Below, piece by piece: positions 11,301 through 23,496 of a DNA stretch of 64,000 bases. Numbering within the stretch: the stretch's first letter is position 1; each line of letters opens with the position of its first letter. This DNA comes from Macrostomum lignano (Eukaryota): positions 1 to 64,000 of the forward strand of contig NIVC01002117.1 in assembly GCA_002269645.1 (NCBI GenBank), given 5' to 3'. Both the position numbers and the translations under genes were made by a program. The notes below the pieces were generated by a model that saw only the letters and a program-made list of their open reading frames with translations, did no database searches and was not told the DNA's origin.

Positions 11301-14300
11301 GTCCAAGGACTGGGGGGGGGGGGTCGCCACACACTCTCAGTAGCTGGGTGAACTGAAGCAATGCAGAGTTAAGTGTCTTGCTCAAGGACACAAGTTTTTT
11401 GAGTGGGATTGGGAATCGAACCCCCGACCTTCAAGTCGGTGAGTCCGAGGCTGTAACCACTAGGCTACATACAACCCAGTAGGAACTTTTTCTATTAAAA
11501 GTTCTTTGTAAATTTCTTTACAATGACGAGTTGTGAAGACAGTTGATACGTGAATTTCAATGAAACTTGGCCCAGCAGACACTAAGAACTGTTACAGAGT
11601 GCCAACTTCTCTCTCTCCAATCGGCCCCCAGGCTGACAGCCCGACCAAGAGGGGGAAAACACAAACAGAATGGGAAAAAGCGTCGGATTTGCTTTCGACA
11701 AAATCGCCCACTGCTGCCGCTTCCGCAGCCTTTCCGAGGGGGGCAGGCATGCATAATACATCGTATGCACTTTAGCCTGCAGCTGGTCCGCTGCTTTAGT
11801 TGTGGAAAGCGAGTGATCGAACGAGCGAGTCTGCGGCTGAGTCCGCCAGGGAATATGCCGCCCGGTTTCAGTTTCTAGGGCGTCACAGCCACCCCCCCCC
11901 CTACACACGCTACATTCTTGGGGTGGAAGTGCTCAGCTGAGGCGTTGAAGGGGCATCGCTCCCTAGCCTCTCGATCCCCACAGCAACCCATCTGTCAGGC
12001 ATTTAATGGGGCAAATACCGTCTGAATTGGATGGAGATAGGCATAGACACTATACATTGCCATTAACGCACTTTTTTCTCAACTAGTTGGAATTTCCTAA
12101 GGAAGTCCAGCAGCCTTTATTTCCTTAGTTCCCTTAATTTAGTCTTCTTGCAATAAATAGCTCAGGGTGAGAGTCAGTATCAGAGGCGGATTTAGAACAG
12201 GAGAGGGCACCATACTGAGCAAATTGAGGGCGATGCCTTATGCCACAGCCTTGACTTGCCGCAGCGCTCAAAAAAGTTGCAAACCAACTGACATGCCACT
12301 CACCAGTGCGGGCTCTTCAGCCCAGCTAGCGGCGGCTTCCTGAGCCGCCCGGACGCCGTCTCCGTCTCCGCTGTCTCGCGCCGAATGTTGGTGACGACGC
12401 CGCCGTCTTCGTAGCCCTCTGCGGCATGGGAAATGATCAGGACAGGTGTGCTACTTATCGCTTGGTAGATAGGGACGATTACACAAGCTCGACGCGTCAA
12501 GCCCAAAGTTCGAATTCGACAGGCAAGAATTTTCGTCGGTGGCTCCTATGAATATTCGAGTTTGTGAATATTCGAGTTTGTGAATATTCGAGTTTGTGAA
12601 TATTCGAGTTTGTGAATATTCGAGTTTGTGAATATTCGAGTTTGTGAATATTCGAGTTTGTGAATATTCGACCCTGTGAATATTCGAGTTTGTGAATATT
12701 CGAGTTTGTGAATATTCGAGTTTGTGAATATTCGAGTTTGTGAATATTCGAGTTTGTGAATATTCGAGTTTGTGAATATTCGAGTTTGTGAATATTCGAG
12801 TTTGTGAATATTCGAGTTTGTGAATATTCGAGTTTGTGAATATTCGAGTTTGTGAATATTCGAGTTTGTGAATATTCGAGTTTGTGAATATTCGAGTTTG
12901 TGAATATTCGAGTTTGTGAATATTCGAGTTTGTGAATATTCGAGTTTGTGAATATTCGAGTTTGTGAATATTCGAGTTTGTGAATATTCGAGTTTGTGAA
13001 TATTCGAGTTTGTGAATATTCGAGTTTGTGAATATTCGAGTTTGTGAATATTCGAGTTTGTGAATATTCGAGTTTGTGAATATTCGACCCTGTGAATATT
13101 CGAGTTTGTGAATATTCGAGTTTGTAAATATTCGAGTTTGTGAATATTCGAGTTTGTGAATATTCGAGTTTGTGAATATTCGAGTTTGTGAATATTCGAG
13201 TTTGTGAATATTCGAGTTTGTGAATATTCGAGTTTGTAAATATTCGAGTTTGTGAATATTCGAGTTTGTGAATATTCGAGTTTGTGAATATTCGAGTTTG
13301 TGAATATTCGAGTTTGTGAATATTCGAGTTTGTGAATATTCGAGTTTGTGAATATTCGAGTTTGTGAATATTCGAGTTTGTGAATATTCGAGTTTGTGAA
13401 TATTCGAGTTTGTGAATATTCGAGTTTGTGAATATTCGAGTTTGTGAATATTCGAGTTTGTGAATATTCGAGTTTGTGAATATTCGAGTTTGTGAATATT
13501 CGAGTTTGTGAATATTCGAGTTTGTGAATATTCGAGTTTGTGAATATTCGAGTTTGTGAATATTCGAGTTTGTGAATATTCGACCTTGTGAATATTCGAC
13601 CTTGTGAATATTAGACTTTGTGAATATTCGAACTTGTGAATATTCGAAACTGTGAATATTCGAGCTTGTGAATATTCGACCTTGTGAATATTAGACTTTG
13701 TGAATATTCGACCTTGTGAATATTCGAGCCTGTGAATGTTCGAGTTTGTGAATATTCGAGTTTGTAAATATTCCAGCCTGTGAATATTCGAGTTTGTGAA
13801 TATTTGAGCCTGTGAATATTCGACCCTGTGAATATATTTGAGTTTGTAAATATTCGAGCCTGTGAATATTCGAGCCTGTGAATATTCGAGCCTGTGAATA
13901 TTCGAGCCTGTGAATATTCGAGTCTGTGAATATTCGAGCCTGTGAATATTCGAGCCTGTGAATATTCGAGCCTGTGAAACGCCCTGCTAAATATAAACTC
14001 CCTGTGACTGGGCCATGCGGACTGCTGATATTGGGGAGAAAAATGCCACATGAAAACGGAAACTGGGGGTGGGGCGAAGTGACAGTAGGTAAGTAATTTC
14101 AGCGGCTTAAAAAAACCAGTTTAACGAAATTTGAACGCCTTTTTGCTTTCGTTGATGATTTTTAATGATTTAGATTGATTTTTTGCCATTCAAATGTAGG
14201 GCTAGACTGTGCCTGGTCTAAAGGAGCGCTGGGCTATACTATGCTTTTTATTCCCATGCTTCAATGCAAAAACCCATGGAACTCACGATCGCCTCCGTTC

Positions 14301-17181
14301 GGGCTGGGCTGGCAGCGCTCCCCATCAGCGCTGATGTACAGCAGCAGGACACCGTCCGCCGGCAGCTCCTTGAAGCTGGAAGCCAGGAACATGGTCATCT
14401 GGGCGGTGCCGGGCTTGTACAGCAGGTACTTGTGCAGGTTGTCCCGCCTGCTGCCGTTCTCCATCGGCTGCTGCTGCTGCGGCCGCCTGCTCACTGGGCT
14501 GGCCTCGCACGAGACCGAGCCCGCCACGCTGCCCGCCCCGCCGCCGAGGCGCAGGCCGAGCCCGAAGCCCGCGCCGACGCCAGCCGCGCCGAGCTCCTGA
14601 GGCTCCAGTTCGAGGGTCTGCAGCATCCGGAACATGTCCAGCGTCAGCTCGCTGAACTTCACCTGCGAGATGGCGGGGATGATCAACCGGTTGTGAACTG
14701 GATCCCACCAGCTCACCACAAACTCAATCAGATACCTAAGGTCTACCCAATCTTAATCGGGTACCAATAAGAAACCCCAACCAGAAAGTGACCTGAACCT
14801 CAGTCACATACCCAAAAGTGACCTGAACCTCAGTCACATACCCGAAAGCGACCTGAACCTCAGTCACATACCCGAAAGTGACCTGAACCTCAGTCACATA
14901 CCCAAAAGTGACCTGAACCTCAGTCACATACCCAAAAGCGACCTGAACCTCAGTCACATACCTAAAAGTGACCTGAACCTCAGTCGCATACCCCAAAGAG
15001 ACCTGAACCTCAGTCACATACCCGAAAGTGACCTGAACCTCAGTCACATACCCAAAAGTGACCGCAACCTCAGCCCGACACCAATATCAGTGGCCGCACA
15101 CATTCGCACCTGATCAGCGCAATTGCCAACAATGAGTATCTCGGCCAGGTGCAGCGGGCTGGCGCCAGAGAGGCTCCGCTCGGTGGGCGGGCAGGTGGCC
15201 GGGCCCAGCCGGTGGGTGAGCACTACAGGCGATGAGTCGTGCTCAACCACTTGCACGGCGCTATCAGCGTCCATGAAAGCTTTGATCTCCTGCAGTACCA
15301 TGGACCACTCGAGCGCGTCGGCTGGCTGGTAGATGCCCGTGTAGTCGTCAATTAGTTTCGCTAGCTCCCGAATGAGATCGCGGACTAGCTTCATCTTTTT
15401 GAGCAGCAGGCAGACTATAACAAATCTGGCATAGTAGCGCAGCTTCTTCACCATCAGATCCGGCCTGCAGATTAGGGAAATCCAATTCAATTTTGCGTCG
15501 CTCAACAAGCGGGGAACTTCCTAAAGGAAAGTTGTAAAAAAACAGGCCTAATTTCCATGGGTTAAGGACAGAATAGTGCAAAACCAAGTTCAGGTTGCGG
15601 AAGCACTGAGCCGCCAACTCGCGAGCCATTGGAGCCTAACTTTCGGGTATGTGACTGAGGTTCAGATCACTTTCGGGTATGTGACTGAGGTTCATGTCAC
15701 TTTCGGGTATGTGCCTGAGGTTCAGGTCACTTTCGGGTATGTGACTGAGGTTCAGGTCACTTTTGGGTATGTGACTGAGGTTCAGATCACTTTCGGGTAT
15801 GTGACTGAGGTTCAGGTCACTTTTGGGTATGCGACTGAGGTTCGGATAACCTCAACCTATAAACCTAACCCGAACCTAAAACCATAACCCTAACCTAACT
15901 CGTCGGCAGTAAACTGTCATGTTTTGATCCTTATTGCCTGCCTCCGCAACCCTCAGCTTCATGAGATATCCCTACCTCTCTTCCTTGTTAGCCTTGGAAT
16001 AGTAGGCTCGCATTCTTATTGCTGAGTAGAAAGCAAAAGACTCATTCAAATAGTTGGTCTCGCTGGTGCGCAGGTAGTAGTGATAGTAGAGCTGCCCAAT
16101 TTTGGACGCAATCTCTCCGATCTGCCAGCGCTTCAGGCCGTAGGCACCGTCCAGCAGCTCCCTGTGTTGCTGCTGGAATTTCCACAGCTTCGTGTAGACG
16201 TCGAAAGCCCGGCCAAAGTACGACTGCCATTGCTTATGTCCGTATTGGGGCAGGTCCCTGGTTTGGTTAAACAGTATGGCCATAAGTACTATATAATAAT
16301 TAGTTATAAACCACAGATAAAGAAAAAAGATGAAAATTTAGTACAGTTTATAATAGTAGACATTGAAAGTTATAAAAACGCCTTAAAAACAACGAGTAAC
16401 TGTCTGCTTTCATTTAACAAAGTAAATACATTGACTTTATATAAAAATATAAGGTATATGTACTTTTATTAGCATAGAAATCATTTAATATGTATAAGCT
16501 TTGAACTAAAAGCTCAAGACATCTACCAAAATCAAGTAAGATTTTAGATACTTGAAAAAGTACTGCTTTTATTATTTATAGTTTAACTATAGTTGCTCAA
16601 CATAACTTTTTGATAACTCTTCATGTTTGTTTTCCAGAAACAAAATATAAAAATGAATAGTTAAAAATGAAGAAGGTTGCGGTTTTACAAGCTGAATAAT
16701 GTGGAGAGAAAATATTTATGGAGATTAAAGATGGAAAATTTGCATTAAAAAGCATTAATTTAGATAAAACTTACTGAAAAATTGCCTACAATTATTCAAT
16801 TCACAAGCCCTAACAAATTATAAAGTAAATAGTTCAAATGACTTAATTTGAAATTATTGGTTTTGAAAAAAATAAATAACTTTAAAATATGAAGTAAGTT
16901 ATTAAATAATAAATTTTAATTTTATTTGTTTTAATAATAACTTGACAAATAGTTTTAAAGATATTTAAAAATTAAATAACACACTAGAATCACACTATAT
17001 TATATATCATGAAGTAGGTGAAAGTTAAAAAGTGGAAAGAAAGTGTTCCTTTAACTAATAGAAAAACCTACCGAAGTCCATTGAATAATTGTTTCGATTT
17101 TTCGAGCAAGTGACAAAATTCGTATACGATACTCTGTGCACTTGGGTCTAAAACACCATTTTGCTTAGTTTCAGCTGACAT
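8321..17181 (-). CDS. SCAI: SCAI (suppressor of cancer cell invasion) homolog, 609 aa; exons 17072-17181, 15976-16257, 15110-15464, 14287-14662, 12304-12418, 10343-10424, 10182-10254, 9162-9335, 8321-8583
   Basis: Exon total 1830 nt = 610 codons; all junctions GT-AG and in phase. Motifs recognised from SCAI: FCHLLEKSKQLFNGLRDLPQYGHKQWQSYFGR, KRWQIGEIASKIGQLYYHYYLRTSE, VKFSELTLDMFRMLQ, HKYLLYKP, YPYTRKPLFLVIDS, NLFGQPLVCLMSP, QRGSLFTLFL, FLRLLLLRYLFC. Confidence 0.95.
8761..9152. repeat. 30-bp minisatellite (GAGAATCGCCACACTCAGACATCCCATCAG), SCAI intron 8
   Basis: 13 copies ending about 10 nt from the donor site. Confidence 0.95.
9525..10156. repeat. 29-33-bp minisatellite (GATAAGGAAACTGGTCCAGATAGACATC..), SCAI intron 7
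   Basis: About 21 copies. Confidence 0.95.
10593..10889 (+). mobile_element. SINE family A copy, 3'-truncated, in SCAI intron 5
   Basis: Head TAGCCCAGTGG..GGCTCGATTCC and body GGAATCTCGGCTTGGCTCTGCTCGTGCAATTAACGGCC shared with the 7788 copy. Confidence 0.8.
11197..11477 (-). mobile_element. tRNA-derived SINE family B (CORE-like) in SCAI intron 5
   Basis: A box TAGCCTAGTGG, B box GGTTCGATTCC, core TGTGTCCTTGAGCAAGACACTTAACTCTGCATTGCTTCAGTTCACCCA and (TAT)n tail. Homologous to 32826-33137. Confidence 0.8.
12550..13978. repeat. 17-bp minisatellite (GAATATTCGAGTTTGT-type), SCAI intron 4
   Basis: About 84 copies, near-perfect on the left and diverged on the right. Confidence 0.95.
14785..15073 (+). 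repeat. 30-bp minisatellite (AAAGTGACCTGAACCTCAGTCACATACCCG), SCAI intron 3
   Basis: About 9.5 copies; reverse complement of the array at 15639-15843. Confidence 0.95.
15639..15843 (-). repeat. Same 30-bp minisatellite in inverted orientation, SCAI intron 2
   Basis: About 7 copies of ACTTTCGGGTATGTGACTGAGGTTCAGGTC. Confidence 0.95.
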
Positions 17182-19645
17182 GGCATTGAAAATAAAAAAG
17201 ACTGGATATTCCTTTCATGCATCAAATTTTGAAAATATTAAACATAACGAAAGGTAATATAAAATAATTTACACAACAACGAAACAAGCTTTAAAAATGG
17301 ACTCCGAACTCATACCAAATTTACGCAAATTATCAAATACCGAGCGATATAAAACTCCAAAATAATGCCTAATTCATTTAATGAAGTAATAAAGCTATTT
17401 TATTTAAAACTTTCAAATTAAACGTGTGTGTTTTTATTTGCTATATAAAACAAGGAAATGATAAATTTGTTTTAAAAAATTGCAACACCGTTCAGCTGCC
17501 TGCAAACACCTATGTTTTCCATAAACATCGTCAATATAACATGAAAAACTTCCGATGTCTATCGAGCCGTAACATGTTACCGTGTTATAGAATACGGGTT
17601 AGAATCTGCAAAACATTTAACCAGATTTTTTATTAACGTTTCTTTTTAACGAGTGGAAACGCCTACAAAATTTTCTTTCAGTGTCATTAACTACTGAGTT
17701 AGACTTCACGAATAGTTGTTTGTCAGATCGTCAACGTTTGACGAGAGCATATATATTTTAGTATAGTGGATGTTGGAAACACATGCAATAGCAGTTGATG
17801 AAGGTCTATATGAAAAATCGTATTTTTGAAACATACTTATTACAGTGGAACATCAAAGAATGATATATGCCCTTTCGCGGTTTATTATTTAGAAACATGC
17901 TTTTTGGAAGTTAAACATATAGTCAAACTTAACTTTTGACTTTGACAAACTTAAAAAAGTCAAACTTAATACAACACACTACGTATATGTACCCGCGTTA
18001 CTATTGAAGTACATGTACACATGTCGATCACGTAGGTTGTAAAATGCACTCTTAAGTTAAGTAAAGTTATGAAAGGAATGTAATTGTCTTGATTTTTGCA
18101 CATATCATGTATATGGCGATTTTCTCGAAATTTCTCGAAAATATAAAATTATGTAAGCTTGTACTACTACTATTACACCCATTTAAAACATCATATATCA
18201 ACACTCTTATATTGGAATAGGTATACACAAAGATCTTTTTTCTCCTCTTCTACTGTCCCTACCACAGTATGATTCAAAATTATAAATTGACTTGTTCTCA
18301 ATTCGTCACATCGCCTGATCAAATCACACACAACTTACAAAAGCGACGAAAAAATACACGCATGTACAAGCTGTGCGATCACGCGTACGTAAAATTGCTC
18401 TCATTTAATGGCGGCTTGAATGACCCTAAGCCGGTTGTCAATAACTACAAGCTTGTGAGCGCTTCAAGGCAAGTAAGTGGCTGTCTGCAACAACCCTTCC
18501 CTTCCCTTTCGACACTTGCTGCTGTGTCAAATGCAGCTTGCTACGCTCGTGTATGGCTAAAATTTTCTGGCTTCGCGAGACGAACATCTCTTATACAATA
18601 AATAATTCAAATGAGTAGACACAGAGCGACACAGTAACACATAGTAGTCTCCTAACCGCCATATCTCTTGTTGTCACCCGAGCTGTATCCACCCAGCCAG
18701 ACAGACGGCAAAGCGGGTGGAGGCTAGGTACACTGACTGTACATGATCTGGATGGGTTAAAATGCTTATGCTGGCTGAGGCTTGAGAATTTGAGTAGGCG
18801 CCAGCCAAGCGTTGGCTAGCAACCGAAAAAATGCGCGCTAGGTAAAAAATAGAAGAGCCGAAGCAGTTGAAGATGAATGCTTTGTCAGGCAGGCTATATA
18901 CTGTGATGATGACGAGCATTTAGTAAAAGGTTTTACGTACGAAAACTAGGGTGGTTCAAAAAAAGCAAATACAACTAAGAATATAAAATATATGGTAAAT
19001 TATTAAAATTTGCTATTTTGCTTACATTAACAGCTTTACATTACTGGGGAAGGCTACTAATATGCAATATACTAAACAATCCAGGCATGTCTTTAGGACC
19101 AATGAAGATGACGCTTAGTTAAATGTTATTAAATCAATATATGTTATCGATTTTAGCATAAAAACTAGAACTATCAAATTGATATTTTCAGTTTAAATTT
19201 CAGGTAAAACTAAAAAACCAACTGCATAGGAATTCACCTGGCACTGAGGGACTTGACTCTCAGCACTTGCGGGTAGCGCATTATTTTTTGGAACCCCCCC
19301 CCCCTAAACTCCAAACCAGTGGAGATAGTGAGGCTAAACAAAACTTCTGAATGGCACCGCATTCTGAGCATTCGAGAGAAGAAGAATACGTGTTGCCGAG
19401 GAGGGGAGACCTGCCGAATGAGCCTTTATTATTTCTTACCCCAACCCACCCCGAATGCCGAAAATAGCGGGCAACAGTCGCCGAGGCTTTGGACGATTCA
19501 ATAGTATTTTATTAGGCGCAGGGTTCAGAAAAAGAATAAGCGCAAGGCTGCGTCTGTTTCTGTTCCGAGCGCGCGTCAACGTGAAAACAAAGTGATCACT
19601 GCTGTAGAGCAGAACCAAACTTAAATCACACATCCGGCACTGAAA

Positions 19646-21128
19646 ATGGAAGAGAGCGAGGCCCAGAACACGGAGGAGACGCAGGAGGAGGAAGTTGCAG
19701 AGGTTGAAACCGGAGCAGGTGAGGCGGAGGCAGAAGCGGGCGGCGAGGCAGAGACGGAGGCTGCTGACGAAGCGGAGGCTGGTGAAGAAGCGGCGGAGGC
19801 TGGCGGGGAGGCAGAGGCAGAAGCGGGTGGCGAGGCGGAGGCCGAAGTCAGTGGCGATACAGAGGCTGCGGACGAAGCGGAGGCGGAGGCTGGCGGGGAG
19901 GCTGATGACGCCAGAGGCGACGCAGAGGCGGAGGCAGGCGGTGAAGCTGATGAAGAAGCAAGAGAGGCAGAAGGCGAAGCGAAGGCCGAGCCAGAAGTCG
20001 CTGAAGAGGAAACGGAAGAGGGCGAGGCTGCAGCCGAAGAAGCTGGAGAAGGCGAAGCTGCTGAAGAGGAAGCTGGAGAAGGCGAAGCTGCTGAAGAGGA
20101 AGCTGGAGAAGGCGAAGCTGCTGAAGAGGAAGCTGGAGAAGGCGAAGCTGCTGAAGAGGAAGCTGGAGAAGGCGAAGCTGCTAAAGAGGAAGCTGGAAAA
20201 GGCGAAGCTGCTGAAGAGGAAGCTGGAGAAGGCGAAGCTGCTGAAGAGGAAGCTGGAGAAGGCGAAGCTGCTGAAGAGGAAGCTGGAGAAGGCGAAACTG
20301 CCGAAGAGGAAGCTGGAGAAGGCGAAGCTGCTGAAGAGGAAGCTGGAGAAGGCGAAGCTGCTGCAGAGGAAGCTGGAGAAGGCGAAGCTGCTGCAGAGGA
20401 AGCTGGAGAAGGCGAAGCTGCTGCAGAGGAAGCTGGAGAAGGCGAAGCTGCTGAAGAAGAGAAGGCGGAGCCTGAAGCTGAAGCCGATGCTGAAGCAGAA
20501 CCAGCCGGAGACGTACCGGAAGAATTTGCGGAAGCATTTGCCGATTCCGACATTCCGCCTGAGGATCGGGCAGAATTCTGCGAGTCCTGGCGCCTAATTA
20601 CCGAAGAGCGAGGCTACATCGAGGGTCGCAATGTGCGCCAGTTCGTACAGGCGCTGGGCCAGGACTGCGCCTGCCAGGATGCGGTGATGCAGCAGCTGGG
20701 GGAGCAAGGCTTTGACGAGGACAGTCAGCTGAGCCTCTCGGACGTCAACAAGCTGTTGTCAGGCGCGTACAGGCCACGGGCGCAGGTGCAGGACGACCTG
20801 CTGCACAGCTTCCGCGTGTTCGACAAGAACGGCAACGGCTTCCTGGAATATGACGAGCTGTACCGGGCCCTGTTTCAGATTGGCAGCGAGGCACTAGAGG
20901 AGAGCGCGCGCGACGACTTCGACCGGCTGGTCCGCCTGGTTGACAAGAATCAGGACGGAAAGATTGACTACTCAGGTAAGTAGCGAGCGGTGCATCTTAT
21001 TGGGAGTTACTAAGTAACGTGACAGTTTTGATTTCAGGGCGATTGTTAACCGCCAATGAATTTCAGAATTCTGTCAGATGGTCACGATGGGCGTTGCCGA
21101 GCTTAGGCGGCAACTGGATGAAGACTGA
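19646..21128 (+). CDS. Calmodulin-like EF-hand protein with a long Glu/Ala/Gly-rich N-terminal repeat; exons 19646-20975 and 21067-21128
   Basis: ATG in AAAATGG context. Two canonical EF loops, DKNGNGFLEYDE and DKNQDGKIDYS|E; the second is completed across a 91-nt GTAAGT..CAG intron. Ends EFCQMVTMGVAELRRQLDED*. N-lobe EF hands are degenerate. Confidence 0.85.
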
Positions 21129-23180
21129 CGAGCAGCTTGACGCAGCCGCCTACCTGTTGGAGGCGCGCAGAGTACACTTGCTGAATTATTTAACTACAAA
21201 TGACTTTAAAAAACGTTGATTTATTTTTTTGCTCACCCGAGATCGTCCTAAAGCCCTCTATAAATACGCCTTTAAACACAGACACGATATAATTTCAAGC
21301 CTTTTTAAATGTACTCAAGGTATTTTTCCAATATTGTTATTTAAGTAAGCAGTGCTATCTCGCTTTGCTAAAATAAATAGAAGCTAAAATATCTGGCAAC
21401 AAAAAATGGCGAATTACAGAGACAGGGAAATACATTTAACTGAAAAGCCGAACAGCGCAAACAGACGCGCATCCGATTCCAATCTTGTTTATTTGTTTTG
21501 GCCCTACAGTACAATTCAATTAAGAAGATAAACTATAGTTACTAATTAAAGAATATGAGCATTTTTCCTTAACTGCTTGCGGTTGATAAAAGTCGCAGGT
21601 TGAAGCTGTGAAGCGAGTCTCAAGCACTGCATAGGCGCACTTGATGGGGTGTCCAAAAAGTATAGTCATACTTCTGTCTATATATATTTTGTGCATGTCT
21701 GAAATTAGACAAGTTTCAAGTCACTGGAAAGCGGAAAAAACTCATCTTTTATTTGACTACAAACTTTTGTGCAGATTTTAATTTAACAACAAGTGTTTGC
21801 CTACTTATTTGGCCTATGATGAAGCATTGAGTTACAAAAAAGTTTGCATATCAAAATACGTGGCAGCACTTTTGTGAATAATATTTGACCTTAGATATTG
21901 ACCTTAGGAGCAACAATCAATAAATTTATTTTCAGTATTTGTTCTGTCTACTGTCTATGGTTAAAAGTCATTAAAAACATCCTAAAACTCTACGCGGCAC
22001 CATAGGCCAAATGAGTAATCGAAAGTTTCGCCACTTGGTTTTGGGCCATAGACAAATGAACAAAAAGGGCAAGAAAGTAAAACATAGACTTGTTTCTTTG
22101 TTCCTTCTTTGTTGTCTTGCTTTGATTGTCTATGGCCCAAACAAAGTTGAAAAAATCCCCAATAGTTTTTCAACTAGTGTAGCCTCTTGCGCAGATGTGG
22201 ATAGCTTTCAATGCTGCAGAGTGTGCATGCACTTTGGACACCCCTCGTGCATTCACAGATGCAACAGAAGTGATTAATTATTTCAAAGACATATTTTATT
22301 GCAAATTATCAATATAAGCAGGACGCCAATAAACCATTACAGTGCATACTAACAAACTGATCTAGAATTGATTAATCTACAAACAATCTATGCGCAGTGA
22401 CTGCAGACTAAATTTGTCATTTTCACAGTTGAAAAAACCGACAGAAATTAATATAGCTATTATAAAAATAGAGTTAGATTATTTTTGCCTACTTAGAGTA
22501 GCAATACATAAAAATGAAGACTTACTTTTACGCACAAATCAAAGATTAGATTGTCGAGCCCTATAAAAATGCAGACAATAATTTCATACACACGGCAAAA
22601 GAGGACACTGGAATCTGGGCAGTGATGCGGAATCATTAACTGCTATATTAACGTAACACATTAGTACGCTTGTGAATACTAAATCAGAGCTTTGCTGACA
22701 TTAGCTTAATTGAGCTACTAATAAAATTCGACAATAATAATAATAACAAATAATAAAGGAAAGAAGTCGAACCAGCTTGAAGCACACAAAACGGAAAAAA
22801 CACAAAAATGCATCAAATGTTTATTTTTAATATTGCAAAAATAGATCATATCTAATTAGCTATAATAGCCCGGGACTAAGCAGGCGCTCAGCTGTACAAT
22901 TAAGACAGAAACTCAAGTTGGGGGTGTTGGGGGCATGAGTACAAGAGCGCTTTTACACAAGTGGAAAACTTCCCAAACAGATCAGTAACTTTACTGGTTG
23001 TCATGCAATAAGCAATATGTCTAAATTTATACTCACTAGTATAGCATTTTTGGTACTGTCTGTTATTTTACACAGTAGAAGGCCTCAAAGGTGCAATAAA
23101 TTTCTAATATCCTCTGCCTATGCACGCTTATGGAGCAGCAAGTTAAAAAATTATCTGCTCGTCTCCCTACGGGAAACGTG

Positions 23181-23362
23181 TGGTTTAGAGTGGTCACGTG
23201 ACAACTGTTTCATCCAATAGCGAATCGCAGCACATATGCATGTCGGCATCATTGATTGGTTTAGAGTGGTCACGTGACAACTGTTTCATCCAATAGCGAA
23301 TCGCAGCACATATGCATGTCGGCATCATTGATTGGTTTAGAGCAGTCACGTGACTTGAATTG
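23181..23362. repeat. 76-bp direct repeat, two full copies plus a partial copy
   Basis: Units start at 23181, 23257 and 23333. Confidence 0.9.
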
Positions 23363-23496
23363 TAGAGGCGGCAGAACAATTTCAAAATTTGCAAGGTGCC
23401 CGGAGCCTGACCCACCCCACCCTAATAAAATGCCAGTTCAATATCAAGTGCAATAACTTTCGCACCTGCATCAATCATGCAGACAGACTACTGCAG

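Noticed and set aside
14700-15900. Foldback transposon whose TIRs captured SCAI exon 3
   Set aside because: Sequences flanking the two inverted arrays are not complementary, no TSD is seen, and the exon is a native in-phase SCAI exon.
15850-15900. Telomere-like (TAACCC)-type stretch (also ~63620-63665)
   Set aside because: Short and degenerate; not a true telomeric array.
18674-18919. 81-aa ORF considered as SCAI first exon
   Set aside because: No SCAI similarity; the true exon 1 was found at 17072-17181.
19621-20597. Antisense Ser/Ala/Pro ORF and shifted Lys/Leu ORF over the EF-hand gene
   Set aside because: Shadows of the 30-bp coding repeat; only the acidic frame continues into EF hands.
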